Below are positions 25,444 through 37,542 of a stretch of DNA of 64,000 bases, piece by piece. The stretch spans positions 124,001 through 188,000 of the forward strand of contig NC_058368.1 in NCBI RefSeq assembly GCF_018350175.1, in the 5' to 3' direction. Numbering within the stretch: position 1 is the first letter of the stretch; each line of letters opens with the position of its first letter. The notes beneath the pieces are model-generated. The model made no database searches, was not told the DNA's origin, and saw only the letters and a program-made list of their open reading frames with translations. The stretch is from Felis catus. Its lineage: Eukaryota. Position numbers and translations under genes: made by a program.

Positions 25444-28127
25444 GCTTCTTTCACTCTCACCTGCTCTGGAAACAGACTGGGCATGCGGGAACTTTTAGAG
25501 TCTCAGAAAGCAAAATTTTCAGGCAGTCTATGGCAGGGGCACAGAGCACAGTAATAGTCACTGAACAAACATAAGACTTCAGTGCCCCAAGTTTTTAGGA
25601 GGACAACATTGTTCCCTTGATACCAGAAATTAGTTGTTATGGGTATAGAAGACAACCTTCATGTACGCTCACTTGAATTAATCAGCCCTATCAGTGTGGC
25701 TTTTTTTTTTTTTTTCACTTCTGACTGTGACCCTGAAGGCCACATTTCCATCAGTTTTTGCCATAGAAGTGAGGCCAACTATCTCTGAATATCACTGGCC
25801 CCTACTCACAAGTAATCCTCCTGTGCTTAACACATTCAAGTCCCCAATACCTCCTGTTCTCAAGGTAGATCTGGCAGACAACCCCAGGGACACCTCTTCC
25901 TCAAGATCTTCCAAACTAATGGGAACTTGGCAAGACTCCACAAATAAAATTGGAGAAAAAGGCTGCCAGACTCTGGCACTGGATGTCTCACAGTGAAAAC
26001 ACGGTCAAGTGTAAGGGAATTAAAAAGGGTACACTGAGGGCTAAAGTTCTTCATCTCAGAACAGAATGAAGCTGTAGATAATGCTACGAGCACAATTCTC
26101 TGGGCACGTTTGGTGTCCAAGGAGTAAGAAAGACCTGTGGTCTGAAGAGAAGTGGACCATCCACTGGCTATACCAAGGAATTCTGTAGGCAAAGTCATGC
26201 ACCCGAGCTTCAATAAGGTCTGGAATGTGTCAAGCCATCACCAGCTTTCAAGCCCTTCCTATCTGTGGACAGACACAGTTGTTACTAACAAGATAGGATC
26301 TTGCTCCTGGCAAGTCTGCAGATTCGGGCTCTTATATTTTAGTCTTTGAGTATTTTTGTGCCCTAAGCTGCTCAATGAATGCACTTGACATGCATGAACC
26401 CTGAGTGTGTCAGGAGGTCAGTAGCTCAGACTTTCCTGAAAGGGGTGGACAGAGAGCAGGACTATGGTCCTGTGCCAACAGAATCCTGCCAAACACAGAG
26501 TTCTTCCTGGCAGGAGGTCAACCTTTCCTTTTCTATAGCAGAAATTAACTGCTATGTGATGACACACGGTGTGAGTGCAGGCTCTCCAGGAATTACTGGG
26601 TGCTGTCTGAGGGACAGCCCTGTAGCTCCTGAATTTGACCCTAGGCCCTTTCTCCAGAAAGGAGATCAGATCCTTCCCAACATCATCCACCCCGTGCACA
26701 TGCAAACTTCTTCTGCTGAACAGTTTCAAAGGCCCTGTGCCTCCTTCATCTTGTGGAAGAGTTCCATGGACACCTGTTGCCCAGCCTATTCCAGGTAACT
26801 GGGAACCAGTCACAACTCCATGATTAAAATCAGAAAATGTTCCCCAGTTATGTCTGTGTATGTCCCCTAATGAAATCCTCATTAATGAAACAGCAAGGGA
26901 ATCTGAAGGGATGCACCAAGGGCCAGATGTCTTCATCTCAGAGGAAAATGGTATCAAGCTTCACATGAGGGCACTAGCACTTTTCCCAAGGTAAGGTTGG
27001 TGTCACCAACATAAGTGGGCCAAATCTAAAGGGAACATCCTTGAGCTACACTTAGGAGCCCTGTGTGCAAAAGGGCAGTCACTCTTTTCCATTCCTTTCC
27101 TTCAGTGATAGAACAGTGGTGGTTTGGGGGCTCTTGTCTGGCTCCTGGCTCACACCCAAGTCTGTGGAAATGGGCTCTTTTCTTGTAGTTATTGAGTTTA
27201 CTTTTTTCTATCCTTGCCTCTCCAAGGTATGGACTTTGCACGGACAAACCGTTAGTGTCTCAGAATGAAGGAAGTTCAGGCATTCCACGAGGTGGGGAGA
27301 GAGCAGGGAGTGACCATCTGGGCCAACACAGTCCTGCCAAGCACTGAGTTCTCAGGAACAGAAGAAAAACCTTTCTTCCCCAACGAAGCAATCAAAACCT
27401 AATGGCTGTGTGGCAGCACACCACCCAAGTGGGAGCTTGCCTAGAGTTTCTTGTCACTGTCTAAGGACAGCCCAGTTGCTCCTGACTCTGACCTCTGATC
27501 TCAGTCTCTTCTTGCTCCTGAAGTGAGGTGGGCTCTTTCCAGGACCACCTGCATTGAAGTGCATTTGGGTTTTATATTCTCTACTCTTTTTCACATCTAA
27601 CCATATTGCTTTGCTGCGTGATACCTTTCTTTGGATTGCATTAAACACAGAGAGCACATCACTCTTTGCTTTTATGTCTTTGGCTATATAGACATTAATA
27701 TAACATGTTTGACTAAAGTGGGAAGCCTTCCAGAGGTTGAGCTTTGAGTAATTCTGTGTGATCTCCAAACAGGTAAGTGATATCTAACACAAATATAGAA
27801 ATATCTAAATTCACTTGAGAGGCAGTCCGTCATGTGTGGCTTCTGAATTTTGTCAAATTCTACTATCACCTAGGAATGATGAGTTTGAATATTTTGAAAC
27901 TCTTCTGATTAGAAAATGTCATAAAGAAACATTGAAACTTCATGATAACACATTCTGCTCCCATTTTTTTCTTCATTTATTCCAAATATTTGAGTGGCAA
28001 ACATTTGATTTAATGATATTACTGCTGAACTATAAGCATAAAGACAAAATAAAAACAAACATTCTTGGAATAAGTGAGTCAGTCACAATAAATCATTAAG
28101 CATTTTTTTCTTTCTCTGTTATTTTTT

Positions 28128-28685
28128 TTAAGTGCTCTTTGGAATATGTTCAACAATGATACCTCCAGCTTTGCTTTTCTTTTTCAGGATTACTTTGCCG
28201 CTTCTGGGTCTTTTGTGATTCCATACAAATTTTGGGATTGTTTGTTGTACCTGTGTGAAAGATGCTGGTGGGATTTTGATAGGGATTGCATTACCTGTGT
28301 AGATTGCTTTGGATAGTATAGACATTTTAACCATGTTTGTACTTTCAAACCATGAGCATGGAATGTTTTCCCATTTTTTTGTGTCCTCTTCCATTTCCTT
28401 CATAAGTTTTCAGAGTACAGAGCTTATGCCTCTTTGGTTAGGTTGAATTCTAAGTATCTTACAAAGTATCTTTGGTGCAATTGTCAATGGGATCAATTCA
28501 TTGATTTCTTTTTCTGGGTGGGTGGGGGATGGGATAGATGGGTGATTGGTATTGAGGAGGGCACTTGTTATGATGAGGGTGGGTGTTGTGTGTAAGTGAG
28601 GAATCACCTAATTCGAATCCTGAAACCTATATTGCACTGTATGTTAACTAACAAGAATTAAATAAAAATTTGGAAATAAAACTAG
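28128..28685. mobile_element. L1 fragments: ORF2 piece on minus (28128-28515) abutting an L1 3' end on plus (28516-28685)
   Basis: Minus ORF MKEMEEDTKKWENIPCSW...FVWNHKRPR. The plus strand has a carnivore L1 3' terminus ('cctgaaacctatattgcactgtatgttaactaac...aataaaaatttggaaataaaa'). Confidence 0.85.
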
Positions 28686-28924
28686 GAAAAAAATGAGCAG
28701 ATGATTTGATCTTGTTATTTTTACACTTCCATTTTGACCCCACATTCCTGACTCAGACATTTTATCTCGGAGAACATTGTTCACAAACATGATCACTTTT
28801 GTTTTGGGGCTGTGCTTACTAAGCATTGAAATCAGAAATACGAAGATAGGATGTCTGTGGATAAAGTGCTTTTCAGGGAAAAATAGGAAAACATTTCAAT
28901 TACTTGATCAATTTAAAAGGTATA

Positions 28925-29061
28925 AGGGCACCTGGGTGGCTCAGTTGGTTTAGCGTCCAACTTCAGCTCAGGTCATGATCTCACAGTTTGTGAGTTCAAA
29001 CCCCACATCAGGCTCTGTGCTGAGAGCTCAGAGCCTGGAGCCTGCTTCATATTCTGTGTCT

Positions 29062-29106
<45 letters not shown>

Positions 29107-29180
29107 CCCCTCCCCCACTTGCGTGTGAACTCTTTCTTCTTAAAAATAAACATTACAAATTGAAAAAATAAAAAAATTAA
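28925..29180 (+). mobile_element. Can-SINE
   Basis: Head GGGCACCTGGGTGGCTCAGTTGGTT, (CT)n and an A tail. Confidence 0.92.
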
Positions 29181-29992
29181 AAATATAGCTCAATGTAACA
29201 GTTTTAGTTTATCTGAATTTATTTTATAATTAATGAAAATTTTTTCAGGACCAATTAATTTTTATGTAAGTGACTTGATGTTCCAGTGACAACATAATGC
29301 ATTAGGTATAGATTCTGCTTTTTAAATTTTTATAATAGGAAATTTTATAATAGGAAATTTATATGTTAGAGCAGGGAGATCAATGATATGTGATCTCCCA
29401 TGGTGGACAATCCATAATCAGTTATAAACTAGCCACATCCGAGGTTCATTTATACGAAGAAGAAACACATCTGTATTCTGTTTGTGCCACTTTGTGTTAC
29501 TTTGACATCTACTGCAGGTTCCCAAATCTCATCCTTAACCAAAGCAAGAACTTTATCATTGGAGCACTGTGTGACTTTGGAAAGGATCTATCCTGAAGGA
29601 CAGATCTCTACATACCAAGCAGCAGAGGCAGGTGTGGAAGTAGACTGATTCTGAGATACAGTGCTTCTTCCTGTTTGATATCCATGCCCTCTCTACTGGG
29701 AACAGTAGGTGGTTGTGGGGTTGGGTGGTTGCATAAGACCTACTTCCTGAGCAGAGTCTTTCCTTACCGTACTTCATAAGACAGGGAGCACACTCATGCA
29801 CTGCTGGGTTAGTGATGTCCTGCGTATCTGGTGGTGGACACAGACCTGATATTTTCCTCATCAGCTCCAAATATTTGCCTGTTTTATGAAGTTTTTTATA
29901 CCTGTCTAAAATAAACCGGTATACTTAGTACACAGGTGTGCCTGAACGCTCCCCACCTGACACCCTATCCAGTGTTAATGGAGCCTAACATC

Positions 29993-30269
29993 ACACCCTC
30001 TTGAGAACTGCAGTTTGTAGTTATGTTTCCAAGCTCTCATTGTACTGTGGGGTGACTGAAATGATCAAGACACTAGGACTGGCCCAGATCACAGGAGGTG
30101 GGAAGAGTCCAGAGGATAAAGCTGGGCTCTGCCTTTATAGGCCCTGGCTCAAATCCCTCCCATCATGTTTGCTTTAGAAATGAAAGACTTTAATTTTCTG
30201 GGAGGAAACATGCCCACTTGCTCTCCATTTGGGGTCATTTTACTATCCAAAACCCCACATGTGCACTGG

Positions 30270-30312
<43 letters not shown>

Positions 30313-30556
30313 AAAGGTGTGCTCAAGAAAAAGCAGACACTGGGGAAGTGACAAGACAGAAAGAAGAAAGAGGTTAGAGAGAGCTCTGCCATGGGGCACC
30401 AGCATCCATTTTCTTAGCTGCATGCTCAAAGGCCCAAATATGGGCCAGAAATTCCTGATATTGGTAGGTTTCTCCTGAATCCAGGGCCATCCTTGGCCCA
30501 GACTCCAGAGGAAGGACTAGGGTACTTCAGTGCAACTCTGTGGTACCTGGAAATAT
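29993..30556. repeat. ~500-bp element, copy 2 (duplicate of 11043-11575)
   Basis: Colinear with copy 1. Carries an expanded (CA)n at ~30270-30310. Confidence 0.9.
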
Positions 30557-30569
30557 GAGGTCACCATAA

Positions 30570-33500
30570 TAAGGACACCACCAGACTCCCAATCTGAAAA
30601 AGATGATATTACTCTAAGATGCTGTCTGGGAATTATCCCCATCCAAACCCTATCTAAACAAAAGGGCTCAGGGGTGGCCTTGGGACACACACACTGCCAG
30701 AGTTCTTCATCAGACATGAGATTTGGAGAATGCTGAGAATGAAGTACCGAGTGCAGTCTCCTATCAATCAGGTTGTATCCTGAATAAGAAAGGCCTGTGG
30801 GCTTAGGCCACAGGAGCATCCTGAACACTACACCTGGGAGCCCTGTCAGCAATAAGCTGGCATTCTTTTTTACACTCAGTGATTTCTGGCTTGGTCTATC
30901 CCTGCCACTTTCCCATCAGTTGAGGGAGGCAGCGCTGTTTGAGCTGTAGTTATAGGGTTCTGAGGGCTCTTGCTCAGGAATCTGCAACAAGGAATTGGTT
31001 CCCTCACTCTTGGCAAGGGCTCTTCCAATGCTGACCCCTCCTGGCTCATACTGCCTATGTGCAAGCTGTCTGCTTCTCAGAATGAAGGCACCTCAGTCAT
31101 CCAGGTCAGTGAGGCAAGCTGGCTCCCCTAGACCCTCCATAGCACAGCAGGCCAAGCACCAAGCACCCAGGCACTAAAGGCCTTCTTTCCTTTGGTAGAG
31201 CAGATCCTGATAGCTCTCACTGAGCACAGGAGCAGAGTGGGAGTTTGCAGGCTACCCAGGGGTGCCAGCTGAGTGAGTGACAGCTCAATGTCTCCTAAGG
31301 GAGAAAAAAATTCATTGTGAGAAACACAATGATGGAAAGGAAATGGGCACCACTGGGTCAAAGCTTGACATTTCCAGTGGGAATGGGGATACACTTGGAA
31401 AGATGGCTTTCTTCATTTGTCTCTGCCCAGAAGGAGGCCTACTTTCTGCCCAAATCTCTGGCCTAGCCTAAATACCAGACGTCCTCTGCTGGGCCCCTTC
31501 AAATCCCTTAGCTCAGAATGGCTGCATACTTCTGAAACCCAGAGAATTAATGAAGAAGGAGCCCTGTGGCAAGATCTCTCCCCCAGTCACAAGGACTGGA
31601 CCAGACTCCCAGGTGGAAGGCAGAGACACTGCCTCTAAATCAGAGACACTGATTCTAAACAGATGTGTGAATAACCTTGTTTTTACAAAAGGGCAATGAT
31701 GTGTCAAGGTAGAAGAGGAGGGCCAGGGCTCTTCATTGCTTGGAAGGGGAATTCTATGGAGAAGAGAGTGCCCAGCACCAGCTCCTGGCATCCTGGCTGG
31801 ATGTGGGAAGAAACACCAGAGGGTTTAGGCAATAGCGCCCTCTAGGGACTCAATCTGGGAGCCCTGTCAGCACCAGGCCTGCCTTCTTCCTTCAGAAGGA
31901 CCTAGAGAGCCCTGGGACTTGGTCTACTTTTGTTGCTTTTCTCATCTTTCAATGGAGTGAGCAGTGAAAGTGCTGTAGCTGGGAGATGCCCCAGCTGTGG
32001 CTCAAAGTGTGGAGACAGGCATTGATGTCCTCTTCCTGTAAGAGGCTCTTTCTGTGCTGACCAGCTTCTGGAGCCTACTGCTCCTGTGTGAACTGTCTGA
32101 TTTTCAGAAGGAAGGCACCTCAATCAGGCAGACCAAAGAGGCGAGCTGGCTCCACTCCCCACACCCCACCCCCCACTTCTTGCTACAAACAGACTAGCAC
32201 CAAGCTCAGGGACAGGAGGGCTATACTCCTTTGGGATGGCTATCTGATGCTGATGGCTATAATTGATTACAGTCCTAGTGGGAATATGATGCCTGTCCCT
32301 GGGTGCCTGCTGAGTGAGTGCCAGCTCCATGACTCCTAAGGGTGAAAGAAGAGGCAGTCAGAAACACAGGAAGGGAGAGCGGATGGTTGTAGTCAGGACC
32401 AAAGGGTGTTCAATATTTCCATCCAATGGGAATGAGATCAATGTGGAATGGAGATGTTTATCTTCATTTCCCCTAGGCCCAGCAAGGGGGCCAGCTCCCC
32501 ACTAAAACGTCTGACCCAGCCCCCCGACACACAGCTCTCAGCTGCACCCCTTCTGATGTCCAAGGACTCTGGATGTCCAGGTAGTCTTGAAACCTAAAGG
32601 CCAAGGCCACTTTGGCTCTACCTGTCCCAATGCCATAAGGGCTGGTCCCCATTAGAAATCTGCAAGGTGGAGATAGTACTCAGAAAGACCGAATTTGTAT
32701 GGACACCAAAATGAACCTTGATGGATGATAAAGCAGTGTCATGAAACTGGATACAACAAGGGCCATAGTTCTTCATGTTTAGAAGAATCTGACTAGCACA
32801 ATGTATTTGCAAGCTGTCTTGCTCAGGTATCAGAAGCACCTTTTGTGGGCTTTGGCTCCAGGAGTGCTGCAAAAGGATGCCTTTGGAGCCCTGTGACCAA
32901 GGGGCCCACATTCTCCATTAAGAAATAGAGGGGATCTTTGGCTTCTGGTGTGCTTCTGCCCATCATATGCATCGAGAGGGGCAGCAGAGACTCTGAGATA
33001 TGAAGAATGTGCTTCCATGCGACAATCAAGAGGTTGGAACGAGGCCTTGGTGCACTATTTATTCAAAAGACTTTTTGTACACTTATCAGGTCATGGAGCC
33101 TGATGTATTTTCACAGAGTGTCTGTTCTTTCAATAGAGGGTAGCTCCATCCATTAAGGGCAGGGATCCACATGGCTCTCATTCCCATGATACTGTATCCT
33201 GACTAGCACCAGAAGATCAGGGACAGGGGGTGTAACTGTCCTCTGGGACATCAGCCTTTGAGAGCCCTGCATTGGGTCAGGAAAGGTTTGGAAACTCACC
33301 TCCAAACCGGGGATCTCAGTTGGCATAGGGGACAGACACAGGGTCTCCGTGTGTGAATTGAGACCAAGTTAGGAAAGCAGCAATGGGAGAGGAATGACTA
33401 CAAGGCGAGTCAAAACAGTGCATTCAGATGGGCATGAGGGAAACCGGGAAGGGTGACCCCAACCTTCCCTTCCCCATGTTCCACACATGTTCCACACAGG

Positions 33501-36500
33501 GATCCATCCACTACCTATGCCTTAGCCTACTCACAAGCATTCTTCCTGGGCACCTTCACACACTCTGGGTGTGGAGAGGGCCACATAATCCTGAAACCAA
33601 ATTGAGAAGGGCCCTATGCAGTACCTCTATCACCATCACAAGCTCACCACCAAAGCCCCAAGATGAAACAAGAAGATATTATTCTGAGACACTGTCTCAG
33701 AATACTTTACCTTCTTTGATCAAAAGTGCTAATGGATGACAATGGAGACACACACTGCCAGAGTTCTTCATCCCACATGTGATCTGGAGAAAGTTGACAG
33801 TGACTTACCCAGAGCAGTCTCCTATCAACCAGGTTGTATTTGGAATAAGAAAGACCTGTGGGCTTAGGCCCTCTGAGGGACTATACCTGGGAGCCCTGTC
33901 AGCAAGAAGCCTGCATTCATTCTTTAGGAGCCAGTGATTTCTGGCTTGGTCTATCCCTGCCACTTTTCCCATCAGTTGAGGAAGATAACAATGTTTGACC
34001 TGGGGTTATTTGTTTCTGATGGCCCCTGGTCAGGAATCTGCAACAAGGTCTTGGTTCCCTAATTCCTGGCAATGGCTCTTCCAATGCTGACCCCCTCCCA
34101 GTTCATACTGCCCATGTGCATACTGTCTGCTTCTGAGAATGAATGCAACTCAATCTAGGTGGGTGCGGCAAGCAGGCTCCTTTTCACCCTCCATAGCACA
34201 GAAGTACAAGCACCAACCACCCTTTCCTTTGGTAGAGTAGAGCCTGATAGCTCTCACTGAGCACAGGAACGGCGTGGGAGTTTGCAGCCTACCCAGAGTT
34301 GCTAGCTAAGTGAGTGATGGCTCCATCATTCCTAAGGATGGATGAAGAGGCAGTCAGAAACACAGTAAGGGAGAGGGAATGGCTGCAGCAAGGACCAAAG
34401 TGCATTCAATGTTTCCATCTAATGGGCATGTTATCAATTTGGAAAGGAGATTTTTCTCTTCCTTTAGGCCCAGCCAGGGGGCTAGCTCCCTTTTATATGT
34501 CTGGCACAGCCTCCACACAGGCAGGTCTTGGCTGGAACCCTTCCAGTTCCCTAGGGTTCTGGATGTCCATGTGGTCCTGACACCAAAATTCTAGGGCCCC
34601 TTTGCCTTCACCTGTCCCACAGTCACAATGGCTAGTCCACATTGGACATTAGGAAGACGGAGGTAGTACCCTGAAGGACTGAGTTTCTATGGGCCACATG
34701 TCAAACCGTGATGGAAAATAAAGCAATGCCATGAATCTTGATACATTGAGGGCCATAGTCATTCATGAAGGATGAGAATTGGAATTTGGCTTCTGGTGTG
34801 CTCCTGCCCATCCTATTAGCATGTAAGGGCAGCAGTGTTCTGAGATATGAAGAATATGCTTCCATCTGATGATCAAGAGTTGAGAACGAGGTCCAAGTGC
34901 ACCATTTATTCAAAAGGCTTTTTGTGCACTGATGAGGTCATGGAGCATGCTGCACTAGCACGGACTGTCTGTTCTTCCATAAGAGGGTATCACCATCAAT
35001 TAGGGGCAGGAGCTCTATGTGGTTACCCATTCCCATGATATCTAGCCTGCTAAGTATGGAAGGCTCAGAGACAGGAGGGATACCTGTCTTCTGGGACATC
35101 AGACTCTGCACATGGACAGAATGGGAGTATGTGGCCTACCCCAGGGTGCCACCTGAGTCAGTGACAATTCCATGGTTCCTATATGTGAATAAAACTATAT
35201 TTAGAAACACAGCAATGGGTTGGCAATTGCTAGGAGGAGGAGGGCCAAAGCTCGACATTCCAAATGGGAAAAGGATCAATCTGGAAAGCAGATGTCTCAC
35301 TTCATTTCCTTTCAGCCCATAAAGTAGGTCAGCTCTCTCTAGCAACCTCTGGTCCAGCATAGAAACATTCTCCACTGGACCTCTTTCAATGACAGGCCTC
35401 TAGATGTCCCTATACTCCTTCAGGAAGGAAATAAATATCTTCATTTCTTTTTACCCCATGCAGAATCCTGGCTCCCTCCCCCAGACCTCTGAATTAGACT
35501 ACATACAAACATTCTCCTTTGGGTAACTTCAAATGCCCTAGGCCTCTGTATGTCCACATAGTTCTAAAACCAAATTGAGAAAGTCCCAATGCCAAACCCA
35601 TATCACAGTCACAAGGATACCACCAGACTCCCAAGTCGGAAGCATAAAATATGACTCTGAGACACTGTCTCTGTTTGGATTCCATGTAGAACGTTGTTTC
35701 CCAAGAAAAGACAATGGTATATAAAGGGAAACCACAGATGGCCAGAGTTCTTCCCTAGAAATGTTAATGGGGGAATGTTGAAAATGAAGTACCCAGCACA
35801 ATATCCTAGCAGTATGACTGTATTACCAATACTAAAAGCCTGAGAGTTTAAGCAAAGCGAGCCCTCTACAAGGTACACCTGGGATCCCTGTCAGCAATTG
35901 TCCTGAATTCTTCTTGCAGCAGGAGCCTGAAATCCCTGGCTTTGTCTCTTTTTCCCACTTTTGCCATCAGTGTATGGACACAGCAGTGGTTGAGCTGTAG
36001 TTGTTGGGTGCTCCTGCCTGTTGCTCAGGCATCTGGAACCAGAACCTGGTACTGTCTTCCTAGAAAGGGCTTTTCTTGCACTCACCAGCTTCTGGAGCAT
36101 ACTGCCCATGTGTGAACTGTCTGCTAGTGAAAATTAGGACATCTCAAGCAGCCAGGGGAATGAAGCAAACTGGTTCTCCTTCACCTTCCATAGCACAACT
36201 GGCTAAGCACCACGTGCTCAGGGACTAACAGACCATCTTCTCTTTGGATATTTGTCACTGGTCACTCTCACTGAACACAGGACCAACGTAGAAACTCCCT
36301 GCCTCTTCCTGGGTGCTGGCTGAGTGTGTGAGAGCTCCATGGCTCCTAAGTGTGAGCAAAGACCTGGTTAGAAAAAACAGTGATGGGAAGGGAGGGCCCC
36401 CAGGAGGGCCAATATTCTACATTTTCAATGGGAATGGAATCAAACTGGAAAGAAGATGTCTAATTTAATTTCCACTCACCCCAGAAAAGAGACCAGCACC

Positions 36501-36850
36501 CTTCCGAAACCTCTGGCTTACCCTACCCACAAACCTACACAAGGCACCTTCACATGGCCTAGGCCTCTGGATGTCCAAATTGTTCTGAAACAGAATTCAA
36601 AGGGACTGTTGTGCAACATTTACCCCACAGTTACAAGGACATCGCCAGACTCCCCACTTCCAAGCAGGGGATATTCCTCACAGAGCCCAACTCTGAATGG
36701 ACCCTAGGGATAACTTCCCCTGTAAATTTAGCAAAGTGGTGACAATGGATACATGGAAGACCAGCGTTCTTTATGAGAGATGAGAATTGGACAATGGTGA
36801 GGATGAAGGGATTCTCCTAGCAAGCTGGCTGTTTCAGGCATTGCATGAAA
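30570..36850. repeat. Array 2 of the degenerate ~1-kb tandem repeat (~6-7 units)
   Basis: The 'gccagagttcttcat...gagaa' motif recurs at ~30695, 31720, 32760, 33757, 34750, 35740 and 36760 (period ~1.0 kb). The second motif recurs at ~31355, 32395, 34392, 35242 and 36405. Confidence 0.85.
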
Positions 36851-37014
36851 GATGCTTAATGTGCAATGTAGCTTCAGATAGTTAAGGACAAAGCTCTTTC
36901 CTAGGGTTTAAACAGAGTGGTTAAGAATACTTTTTACTACATTCATCTAAAATGCTCGTTGACAGCTGCTTTAAGCACACTGTAGTTCAAGGCAGTTAAG
37001 ACAAGGCATTTGTT

Positions 37015-37202
37015 GGGAACCTGGGTGGCTCAGTCGGTTAAGCATCAGACTCTTGATCTTGTTTAAGGTCATGATCTCACAATTCAAGCATTATATCCCC
37101 ACATCAGGCTCTGTGTTGATGGCCTTGGGATCTGTGCTGATGCAGTGGAGCCTGCTTGGGATTCTGTCTCTTTCTCTCGGCCCCTGCCCCCACGTGTGCA
37201 TG

Positions 37203-37239
<37 letters not shown>

Positions 37240-37254
37240 AAGTAAACTTAAAAA
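37015..37254 (+). mobile_element. Can-SINE with 14-bp TSD
   Basis: SINE head and (CT)n. TSD AAGACAAGGCATTT at 36998-37011 and 37255-37268. Confidence 0.9.
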
Positions 37255-37314
37255 AAGACAAGGCATTTCTATAATATTTATGGAGTACACATAAGGAGCA
37301 CCTTTTTACAAAGA

Positions 37315-37542
37315 CTTATTTTTTACTTTTTTATGTTTATTTTTGAGAGAGAGAGGGAGAGACAGAGGGCACATGCAAGTGTGGAAAGGTGTGAAGGGTA
37401 AAGACAGAGGGAGAGAGAATACCAAGCAAGCTCCACACTATCAGTGCAGGGTCTGATGTGGGACTTGACCCCACCAACTGATAACAACCTGAGTTGATAT
37501 CAAGAGTCAGGCACTCAACTGACTAAGCTACCCAGGCACCCC
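37315..37542 (-). mobile_element. Can-SINE
   Basis: The minus strand begins GGGGTGCCTGGGTAGCTTAGTCAGTTGAG; the plus strand shows a T-rich tail and (GA)n. Confidence 0.88.

Larger units (their letters stand above)
12660..27540. repeat. Array 1 of a degenerate ~1-kb tandem (macrosatellite-like) repeat, interrupted by SINEs, an LTR and an ERV
   Basis: The motif 'gggccaaagttcttcatctcag..gagaatgggataaagctgagaatgaagtgactagc' recurs at ~12680, 13516, 13870, 14786, 14957, 15277, 15914, 16270, 16625, 17250, 17833, 18841, 26037 and 26920. The motif 'tcagaaactga.tgct' recurs at ~13362, 14348, 15765 and 17095. Confidence 0.8.
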
